A stretch of DNA of 24,714 nt from an uncultured virus (IMG/VR IMGVR_UViG_3300011339_000925) (taxonomy: Duplodnaviria > Heunggongvirae > Uroviricota > Caudoviricetes). How positions within the stretch are numbered: position 1 is the first letter of the stretch; every line of letters begins with the position of its first letter. The stretch lies in IMG/VR virus record IMGVR_UViG_3300011339_000925, one strand, 5' to 3'. Below are positions 6,739-18,700 of this stretch, piece after piece. Made by a program: the position numbers and the translations under genes. Below the pieces are notes generated by a model that saw nothing but the letters and a program-made list of their open reading frames with translations, was not told the DNA's origin and searched no databases.

Positions 6739-9700
6739 TTACATTCTGTTTTAAATTCCTCTTTTTCTTTTAATTCTCTAAATATTTCTCTTTCTTCTTT
6801 AGTTAGATTTTGCATAAAGTCTCTAACACTAGTTTTAAATTCAAAGATACTAGGATCTATTGACTTTTCTGTAACATTTTGAGTAGGATTATAAATTACT
6901 AATTTTTTTCTAGGTCTAGAGACAGCAGTATACATCATTCTATTTACTTGTTCTTTACCTCCTGGAAAAGTCATAATATCATTTTCTAAAACATAAACTG
7001 AATTATAAGTACTTCCTTGAACTTTATGAGAAGTTATAGCATAATTATATCCTATATCTACAATTTTTCCTTTTAATGTATAAAACTCAGACCAAGCAGC
7101 TTTATATTCATTAGTACCTTTAGAAAAAGATTTAGCTTTAACAGCCATTTTACTAAGTACATTTTTAAACAAATCTTTTTCTTCAGGACTTATTGTAGTT
7201 ATTTTTTTAACACCAGTTTTTTTAACATTATTTTCATTTAAATATTCGTATTCAATAGTAAGATTATAAGTAGTAAAATTAACATCTGGAACTACAACAG
7301 GAGTAATTTCTTTAACTTTACCTTTAAATCCATTAGGTAATTCTACCGTACCATTTATTACATACGGACTATTAACTCTAATAAAATCACCTACTACAAA
7401 AGGTTCAGTAGTATTAAATAGTTTTTGTCTAACTAGACTATTAAAATTATCAACAACAGTATTTCTAGCTCCTATAATAATTGCTTGTTTAGGATTATTG
7501 TTATTTGTAATTTCAAAAACATAATCATCTACTAATTTTTTAGAATCTGTTTCATAAAGAACACCACCATCACTAGTAAAATTGTTTCTTCTTTCTTTTA
7601 AAGGATTATCTACACTAGGTTTATTATTTTGGATATTTTCTACATTATTTGCATATATATCTGTAATAGGTAATATAGGACTTTCTGCACCTTGACGCAT
7701 TCTTTCGTTTAGTTCAGCAAAATTTTTATTTTTATCAAGACTCCATATAGGAGAATCTTTACTTTGTCCAGATTCATTTATAGGAGGAATTTGAACATTA
7801 TCCCCCATAAATATAACTTTTGCACTTTTTAATTTTTTATTAAGTATTTTATTGTATAAAAAATCATTTATCATTGAAGCTTCATCAATAATAATATATT
7901 CTGCATTTTCAATAGGATCGCTTTTACCCATTCCTCTAAACTTAGCTTCTTCTTCTTGATTCCTTTCTCTAAAGAATATTTTACCAGTTTTACTATCATA
8001 GTCTGGTACTAACCCTAGCAGTCCTGCTACAGTAGTAGTTTTATATCCAGACATATTTTCTTGAAGAACTTGTCTAGCTTCATCTGAAACAGTTGCTCCT
8101 ATTATACTTGTTTTAGGTAACTTTCCAAGAGCTTTTTTAATAATAGTTGTTTTACCTGTACCTCCTCTACCTTTTAATAAAAATTTATCATCATTACTAT
8201 TTAAAAACTCTTCTATTTTATCAATAGCTTCTTTTTGTCCTTCGTTAGCATATACTCCTGGAAATAACTCATATTTTTTATTTGGTATTTCTAACGTAGT
8301 AGATGTAGTAGAAGTATTTTTTTCTTTTATTTCAACATCTTTTGATACTAAAGAATCGTATTTACTTTGAATATTTTTAGGATTCATAAATTTAAACTCT
8401 CCACCTTTTTGTCTGTATTCAGCACTTATAGGTTTACCATTTTCTAAAGTAAACTTATACTCTGTTCCAAATTCAAAAAAAGATTTAGTTTCTATTGATT
8501 TTTCTGTACTTTCACTACCTGTTTCTGTATTAATTAATCCTGTAACATCGGATTCATCTGCTGTTATTAATTTACCAGTATTAGTTTTAAATTCTATTTG
8601 ATATACTGCAGGAGCAATAATTTTTTCTTCTTTAGTAATATCATTTATAGATATTGTTGGTCCTAAAACCATTTGTACTTTTCCAGTAACTATTGCATCA
8701 AAAGAATTTTTATACTTATAGTATTTAATTTTTACTGTTCTTCCTTTATTTAATTTAGCTAATTTTTCAACATCTGTAATTACTTTTGTAGATGTTTCAG
8801 TTACAATATTAGAAACACCTGATTCTGTAGATTTAAATGTATTAGCATATACATCTCTTATAGCTTGTTTACCTGCTTCTGTTGTATTAGAAGAAGTACC
8901 TATTCCTGCAAAGTTTTTAGTTAATGTAGGAGTATCTATAGATACAAAATCTTGTTTTGTACTATCCCATTTATACCAACCTTGAGAATAAACATTATTA
9001 GCAACTTGATTAAATACATAAGTTGGTTTACCCATTGTAATACCTAATTGTACAGCTACACTAGTACCTCCATTTACTTGTGGTACTAAAGCTTTTTTTG
9101 TTGCTTGTCCTCTAGCTACTGTAATATCTGCACCTTTTGGTATAAGAGAACCAATAGCAAAAATACCATCTGCATTTTTAACTTGAGCATAGTTTCTAAT
9201 TTTTTTTGTATTTCTTGTTGTATGATTAAGTTCTATTCTACCCATAGCTCTTTCAGCATTAGTTACTGCAATTTGAGCTTCTCCTGTTGCAGGTCCTTGT
9301 AAAGCTACAGGTCCTACGTCATTTGTAGCATCAACAGGTTTTACTCCTTTAGCTTGTAATCTAGGATCAGATACAGCACCATCTGATGGTAATAAATAAT
9401 GTTTATTATTTACCATACCAAATTCAGCACCTATTAAATCCCATTCAGCATCATAACCTTTAGCACCACCAGAATGATTAGTATATTCTGCTGGGTTATT
9501 TACAGTAGTAGTTATTACATCAGAAACACCTGGTTCATTGTAATCAGCTATCTGCATAATAGCATCTACAGCTTCATCTAACAATGAACCTTTTTCTATA
9601 TTTAAAGCTTTTTTAATTAATTCTAATAAGTCATTAATTATTTTTTTAATACTCATCCCTTCAGAAGCTAATCTTCTTTGTACTATTTCTGAAGTTAATG

Positions 9701-12700
9701 TTTCTGTTACAAACTCTAATATACTATCAGCTGCATAATATATATTGTAATTATCTTTTATATCTTTAGGTAAACTACTTATTTTTTCTGCACGATATTT
9801 TTTAAATATTTCTAAATTAGCTTTTTCTTTTTCAGTAAAAGAATTTAAATATTTATCATAAACTTTTTTTAATTTTTCGTATTCAGGTGTTTTTTGAAAT
9901 TCAGGATCTTTTAATTTACTAGCAGTAACACCGTGTACTAATTCATGTAGTACATGAGATAATAATAAATCTTTATTATCCTTATATTTTCTTTCTAATC
10001 TAGTTAAATCATATTTTATAGTTTTTGTTAAACTATTATGTTCACCAAATGCTTTATCAAGAGCACCATATTCTATAGTATAATCATTTAATTTATCTTT
10101 TAAATATGTTGCTAACGCAGTATAATACTCATTAGAATTAAGCAATACACCTTCTAATAATTCATTAACTGTAGTTATTGGTTTTCCTTGACTATCTTTA
10201 AATGTAGCTTCTATTATATCTAAACTATTTTGAGGAGCACTACTAGATTTTATAGATTGAGTAAGGGTAGAAACTTGTACAGGAACTTTATTATTAGGTA
10301 TGATGCTCCTTTTATTTTTTTCTTCAAATTTATATTCTACAATAGACGCACTTTCTAATCCTAATCTATCAATAATTTTATAATGTAATTTATTATTCTT
10401 AGTATTTTCTAATTGATACAAATCTGTTTCAGAAGTATTAAAATTATAAATCGCAACAAACCTTAAATAATTTTGAATATTGTTATTTAAATCTGTTTTA
10501 GATACAAATTTTTTAGCTATTTCAGAATCTGTATTAATAAATATTTCTGTTAATACGTTTGTATCAGTATTGGGTATAGCTACATATTTTTTTTCAACAT
10601 CTTTATTAGAAGCATTTTTTATTATACCTGTTATAGATTTAGCTAATTGAGGATTATGTTGAAAATACTGCTTTTCAAATTCTTTAAAATATGTTGGTGA
10701 TGATAAATTAGTTTCTATACTTTTTAATATACTTGATAAATTTATAGCTTGATAATATTCAAAAGGTATATATTTAAAAAAGTTAGAAACACCAAATAAA
10801 TTAGCATTAAAATATAAAGAATATGCAGCTAAGTCTAATCCAAATTGTCTTAACTCTAAATCTTTTTGATTAGTTTTCATTAAATCTAACCAAGCATTTG
10901 TAATTTGATTTTCTAAAACTTCTGTTTTAACAAAACTATTACCCATAGTTAAAAGATTATCTTGGTTAATAGTAATTCTTCTTAACAAATTATTATTAGG
11001 ATATTTTTCTTTTAATTCTGTAAACCTATTTTTTAAATTTATCCATAAATCTGCTTTGTATGCATTTATATCTTTACCATCAGCTATTCGTTCTTGTATA
11101 AGTGGGTGAGAGTACACATAACTAAATAATCCATTATAAATAGAATTAGTGTCATCATCAGTTAATGAATCTGTTTTACCTAATGTTTCTGCAATTAAAC
11201 TTTCTATTGTTGAATATGCAGTTTTACTATATTGATATATATTTGAATAAAGATTAACAGCAAACTTTGGTATTTTAATATATTCACCTACAACAGTATT
11301 TTTAAGTTTAGAAACATTACCTATAGCATCTTCTATTAATTTAGATTGTTTTACAACTAGCTGTATTGTTTCAATATAATTTTTAGGTAATCCTTTAGAG
11401 TCTATAATCATAGCTCCCTGAACTGAATTAATACTTGTAGTTAATTCTTCATAATGTTTAAATGCTAATAAAATTGCTACTTGTTTTTCTTTTTGTTTAT
11501 CACTTAATTCTTCAAAAGATTTATTTAACATAGATTTATATTCTTCTAATGTAAATCCATCTTTACGAAGGTCTAATAATTTTTTTGAATCTTTATTAAC
11601 ATACTTTAAAAGTAGTTCCATTGTTTTCTTTTCTTTTTTATCATAATCATATTCAGTATCAAACATAGATTTTAACTTATCTAGTTCTTTGTAATACTCT
11701 TTAAGAATAGGTTGATTAATAAAATTTATTACCCAATTATGATTAAAACCAGTTTGAATAATTGTTAATCCTACTCCAAGGTTATAATTATTAATACCTC
11801 CTAATCCTAACAATTTTTCTTTAGCATTATCCACAGAAGCTGCTAACCACTCAGATATTCTTTCTGATATTACTCCACCATCAAATCCAAAAATCTTATC
11901 TAATCTCCATGCAGAAGTAGATGTAGATTGATTTTCTGAATAAAGGTCGTTAGTGTATTCATTAATTCTATTTTCTTTAACATTTTCAGTATAATAATTA
12001 CCTTTTTCATCTTTAAACATTACTCCTGTTCCTTTAATAAATAGATTAGCTTCTTGAGCCATTGCATGAAACGTATTAGCATTTGCTCCTACACCAACAC
12101 CTGTTTTACCTGCTTTATTATCAAAAAATGTATCTCTTTGATAATTAGGGTCATAAAATCCTAACCATTCTTTATTAAGTGAGTTTCCATATTTAGAATT
12201 AAATTCTGTAATTGTATTTTGTAAAGAATCAAAACCTTGAGGAGTTACAACACTATTAAAAATATCCGCACTTAATAATACTTCTTGATATATATCAACT
12301 ATTTTATTAACATCAGAATCACGTTTAACTAAAAATCTTTTTCTACTTTTTCTTAATTCTTTAATTAATTCTTCTCTATCAGCTATTTGTTTTTGTATTT
12401 TTTGATCTGCTACCATATTTAATAAAAATATTTCATTTATTAAAGTATTTAAATCGTCAGATAATTCTATTGCTCTTTCTTCATTAGGTGGATTAATTTC
12501 ATCATTTAATTCATTATAAATATCTTGAACATTATTTTGAAGTTTAGCAATAATAGGTTTATTATAAGGATTGCTTAATGCTAATTTTTGACTTAAATTT
12601 TCTGATACTAAAGCTATTTCTTCTGCACTAGGTGGTTCTATTACAACACTTGCTTCATAATTGTACATAAACAATTTATCTACGTCATAGTCACTACCCA

Positions 12701-15700
12701 TTTGAATAGCAAGTTCAGAAGGAACTATAATAGTATCTCCCATAGATTCAGGTAAAAACCCTGCTACTTCAAAAACCATCATTGATTTTCTACCTTCTGT
12801 TGGAATACGAAAACCAATTGATGTTAGTAATTCTTTAGGTAGTTTTTCTAAATCTATGTACCCATCTTTAATAAAATCTGTTATTTTTAATTTTTTACCT
12901 TTATGTGTAAAGTAAAAAGGAACATATACTTGAGCTCTTTCAGAAAAATCTTTTCCTTTTCCTTTTTTAATGTAATTTAATTTACCTTTTTTATTTTCAG
13001 CAGAAGTATATATAATACTATTTCTTTCTTCTTCAGTTAATGCTTCTTCACTTTTTATATTATTATTTTTACCAAAAGATTTATAAGTAAGAACTTCAGA
13101 AACCTGTACATAAGATTTACCACTTATTTTAGTACGCATTACAGAATTAGTAATAAGTGCTTGTAATACTGGTTGTATTTTACCTATGTTAGGATTAAAT
13201 ATTAATGGAAATAAGAAATTACCTTTTCCATCAGTTTTTAACATTTTTTTAGCGTTTTCAGTAAAATCTCTTCTTGCAGATTCATTTTCTAAAACTTGTG
13301 CTAATTTTTCTACATTTTTAATTACATAATTACCTTCAGCATCAGGAAACATATCAGTTTTTTCTAATAATTCTGATATTAATTTAGCTTTAGATTTTTC
13401 AACTAATCTTTTTTGAGCTTCTATGTAATCTTGTTTAACTTCTGCTACTGTTCTACCACTAGATAGTACGGTGTTATTAGCTAAATTAACAAATAACAAC
13501 TTCATAGCTTGTGTTACTTGACGAATAGTATTTTTACTTTCATCATAAGGAATGTTTAATTGAATGTGATAACCACTTCTTTCTAAAGTTATAGGAGATA
13601 AAAATGCTTCATCATTAACATTACCATTATTATCAAACAAAGTAGTTACTTGTTTATTACCTATTTTAACAGCAGATGGAAAAGTTAATCTATCTATATT
13701 TTGAGCTATCATATTTTCCCTTACTTTTTTCATTGGACCATCTTTAATTACAGCTGGTACTAAAGGAACAGATGATGTTTTAATATAAAACTCTTCTATT
13801 ATTCCATTTTCAAGATTAGAAAAAACTTGAACTGGTTTTCTAGGTTGTAATAATGCTTTAGAATCTAAATTTTTTATTTGTTCTTCTGTTAAATTTTCAA
13901 AAGGTAATACTCCTTCATCAGTTTCATTTTCTTTACCAAAATACAAATACAAATCAGAATTAGGATCATTATATAACATTTGATAATGCTCTGGGTCATA
14001 TAACATCATACCTCTTAAAACATCTGATGTACTAATTTCTCCATGTGCATATCTATCATTTAAATGTTCCCATACTGTTGTAAATTCTTGAGCATCAGTT
14101 AATTTTTCATTTTTTAAATCTTTGTAAAACTTTTGAATTTCTTTTTCATATTGTTCAATATTAGAAGCATCTACATTCATGTCATTGACTATAGCAACTT
14201 TATAAGTAGATTTTTTCCAAAATCCTCTTCTACCTTGAGCTAATAATCTAGCATTTCTTTTACTTAAATTATCAAATGTTGATAAAATTCCTTGAAGTAC
14301 TTGATCTTTAGTTAAAAGTTTATCTGTAGATGGTATTTTAGATTGTTGTGCAGGGTCACCTAGTATTAAATTTGTTTCAATTAATACTGTCATATTTTTG
14401 TATACAAAATCTATTACTGCGTGTTTAGTACGAGCATCTAAATCAGTACCATATTTTTTAATTAAATTTTCTTTATACGCTTCATCCATAATGTTTGTAT
14501 AATAAGTACCATCTTTCTTTTTACTTATAATACCAAAATCTTCCCAAGAATTTAATGTTTTTAAAACTATAGAGTTAAATCTTTGAAGTATTTTTTTCTG
14601 AATTAAATTTTTAACATCATCATTTAAAGTTAATGTAGATTTTAATCTGTAAAGATTATTCTTTTTGTCGTACAATGCTTTTAAAATTTTAACAGAATCT
14701 TCATCAGTATTTTCTGCTAATATTTCTGCATTTAAAAACTCATAATAATAAAAGTATTCTCCTGCACCTTTTTTAGTTTCAGTAGAATCTGCATTTTTTA
14801 ATTTTAATTTTTCTGATATTTTTTGTCTAATTTGATATTGTTGAATTTTAGCTACTTCCATATTGAAGTAGTTATAAAGATTCTTCTTTATAACATTAGA
14901 CATTCCCCATTTCTTTTCAGTTTCATTATACAATAAAATGTTTTCTAAATTAGGAGTAATGTTCTCAAACATTAAATTGGTAGATTTATCTGATAAAGTT
15001 TCAGCTTTTATAAGTCCTATATTCTCACCATTTTTATTTATTATTTGAGAATTTAACATTCTCATTATTTCAAATTCTATAGGATTAGAATCTTTAAAAA
15101 ACTTAGGAGCTTCATTTTTAAATCTAAACCCTCTATCTACAATTACTTTAATATTTTGCAGCTGAGCTCTTAAATTTTTATATACTAAAGTATTTTTTAA
15201 ATCAGACCATTTTGATTTAAACCAATTTAATTTTTCAGTTATAGGTTTAGAATTAGTAAATGAACTATATTGTACACCTGATACTCTATAAGTACCTGCT
15301 ATAGCTCTAGAACTTGTTAAAAGAATTGCTTTAGAAATATTTTGAAATATAGTACCTTCATTTATAAAAAGGTCTTGCAAGGTACTAGATGTCAAAAATC
15401 CTTTTTTAAGTAATAAATCTAAAAATACTTCTTTAAGAAATTTATTGTCATTTCTAGTAGCTGATGTAAATCCTTCTCTTTTTTGTAAATATTGAGTAAG
15501 ACCTATTTTATTTATATTCATACCAAGAGCATTAAAAATACTTTGTAGCTCTGATAATCCTTCATTAGTAATTATATTTTTTTCAAAATAAGAAGTATTA
15601 GCTAAAAGATTTTCAACACTTTTAATTATACTTTGAATATAAGATTTATTAATAACATTATTTTCTTGATTATTAATTAATTGTCTAGTAGATAATCTAG

Positions 15701-18700
15701 GATTGTTGTACATTTTTTGTACAAATTCACCTTTTATTAAATTAGCTCCTGTAGAATTATCTGATTCATTTTTAAAAACTCTATATTTTTGTTTAGCTAA
15801 TGTAGCTACTACTGTAATAGGATTTTCTTTTTCAGCAGAAAAAACTTGATAAAATTGTCTTCTTAATTGTTTATTAGGACTGTTATTTAAAATACTAGCA
15901 ACTTTATTTAAATAAGGACTTTTTGATTCAGCTAACTTGTCTACCATTAATTTATAAGAAGCTGCTGTGTTAGTGTATACTGAAGTTGTTAATTCTTCTA
16001 CAATTTGAGTAAATACAAAGTCTATAGGAACATAAACATCCATTCCTATACTATTTGTTTTTACAGTACCATTATTATTATAATCAGGAATAAATGATAA
16101 CATTCTTCTAATTTCATCATACATAGAATCTAATCTATTTTCTTTAGAAGATGCTTCATCTACATATTGTTCTGCACTATCTTCTGTATCAGCAAAAGAT
16201 TCAAATATTCCTTCTTTATTTTTTGAAAAATTTAAATTAGTTAAAACTGCTACTGCTCTATTACTATACTCATCAAACTTTTCTAATACATTTAAAATAT
16301 TATTTTTTAAAAAATTAGCTTTTTCTTGCTGTGTAGGATTTAATCCTGTAGCAGATTTTAATCTTTCTACTGCTTTTATTAAATTATTTTCTACATCTTT
16401 TATATTACCTGATAGTAGTTTATATGCTAATGAATCTATAATTGCAGCTTCTTCTTCTAATGCTAACTCGGGGTTTATTAAAATTGTAGAAGAAGATTCT
16501 ATATCAATAGATTGTTCTGCACTACCTTCTTCATCTATATCAAAATTAATTCCTAAATCTTTTAAATCTTCTTTTAAACTTTCTAAATTTTGGTTTTCAA
16601 TAATTTCTTTTACTTCTTCAGCAGTAGCTATTTTACCTGTTGCAGAACTTTCTTTTTTAACAGCTTCTTGATTAACTACTTCAAAATAAAACGTAGGTTG
16701 AAACGCATATAATCTACCATAAGCTTTAGTTTCTTTTGTAGCTATGTTAGTTTTTAAAAGTTGTCCTTTTACAATTAATTCTTGATAAGTAAATTCAGAA
16801 TTAGGTAAAGTAGATTCGTTTCTAAGTTCTTTATTATTTAGATTAAAAGATAAGTTATTAATAAGGTCTTCAACTTTTTCTAATAAAGTTTCATTAGTAT
16901 CTGTACTATCTATTTTAATTACTTTACCTGCATGAATTATTTGAGGTTCACCATTTTTAACAGATAGATTTACAATATGTTTACCAGTAGTTTTACCATC
17001 CTTTGTTAAATAAACAAACTTATCAACCCAACTATCATCAGATATTTTTCCTTGAGTTAAAAATTGTAGTAGTTCATTAGAAATGTTATCTCTAATTTCT
17101 TTAATTACTTCTTTATTTTCTTTTTCTTCTATTTTAAAATTACCAAATGTAACACCTATTGGTATTGAAATTGTAGATACTTCATTTTTATGAGTAGCTT
17201 GAGGTGCTAATAAATACACACGACCATTAACACCTGCATTTTTTTCATTAGGTAATACTTCTAATTGACCTTTAAATTCTCCATTTACACCTTGATATTT
17301 ACCATTTATATAAGTATAAATATTTTCTAACATATCCGCTTCAATAGGAAAATAATCTTTATTAAACTCTATTTTAGCTCTACTTACATTTTTTATTTTA
17401 ACTGTTAAAGGTTTAGCTCCTAGTGCTGCAAAATGATTTCTTATATCTCTAATTTTTTGCTTTTCAACTTCTAAATCAGCACTTGGTGCTATATTATTTA
17501 TATTAATGTAATTTATTTTATGAACAAACCCTCTATCTTCTAATACTCCAGTAATTTTATTTTTAGACTGTAGTTTTAAATCCATAGAATCTAAATACTC
17601 ATCTGTACCAGGAATACCTACAGGAGTATTAGCTAAAACTACTTCTAACTCATCTTCAACTTTTATATCATTACTATGTAGTATATCATATTCATCATTA
17701 TTTATAAATTGAACTTTACCATCTTTATATAATGTTTGTCTATTATTTACTGGTGATGTTTCAACCATTTTATAAGAAACAGCAAATCCTGAAATTAATT
17801 GATCAGTAATAGCTTCTACTACTTTTTCATTTTCTTCTTCTATATCAGTAATAGATCTAACTGTACTTAATATACTTCTATTAAAATCTTCTGCTGAAAT
17901 AGTTTGAAAATTAAATGTGGAATTATAAATTTTAATAACTTGATAAGCTAACGAAGCACTATATGGGTCTGATGAATTAAAGTTTTTTATATTATCTTGA
18001 AAATATTTAACAGTTAAAGGTTTTCTTTCACTAGATGATTTTTTTAAAGATTTATTTACATCTTTTAAAACAGCTGTATAAAGTCTTGCAACATCTTCTG
18101 AAACTCTAAAAGAATATTTATTAAATAAAGCACTAACTTTTGATTCTATTTGTTGAGGAGTATCATTATCAAAATCAAGAGTATTTTCAACATCATTTGA
18201 AAAATTCTTTTTAGTTTCTTCAGGTAAATCGTCAAATTCTCTAAACAATTCTTCAAATTGATCACCTACTGTTTCTTCTTTATTTTCTTCTGTTGTAGAT
18301 TTAACAACAGGTGCTTCGGCAACAGGTATTGTTTCTAAAGCATCTAGTTCTGCAGTAGGTTCAACAATAGGTTCTATCAGTTTTACATCTACAACTTGTG
18401 AGACAGGTACTTTTGCAGTATCTCCACTTTTTTCTTCATCGACTTTCCTAACAGTTGATTTTGAAGTTTTAGAGGTAGATTTTCTTGAAGTTTTTGTAAG
18501 TTCATTTTTTTCTATTTTAGCTTTAACTGTAACTTTTTTACTAGGATTAATTTTAAGATTTTTATTATTTTTAATTTTTTGTTTTATAATAGCTTCAATT
18601 TCTTTTAGTTCTTTATACTGAATACCTTTAACAGTAGTTTTAATATATTCATTAATTTCATTAGTTTCAAATCCTATTTTTTTTAAAGATTTTTTTTCTA

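Noticed and set aside
6720..6740. Stop-codon recoding or readthrough (TGA or TAG), as in some crAss-like phages
   Set aside because: Giant ORFs are open under code 11. Reading through the TGA at 6735-6737 meets TAA four codons later, and the TAG at 23878 is also followed shortly by TAA.
9105..9302. Plus-strand 65-aa Cys-rich ORF
   Set aside because: Antisense shadow of the Ala/Thr-rich SLOG-like domain.
12200..12660. Intein in the RNAP next to the catalytic motif
   Set aside because: The insert after DYDVDKLFMY is helical/coiled-coil with no Cys start, no His-Asn end and no LAGLIDADG motifs.
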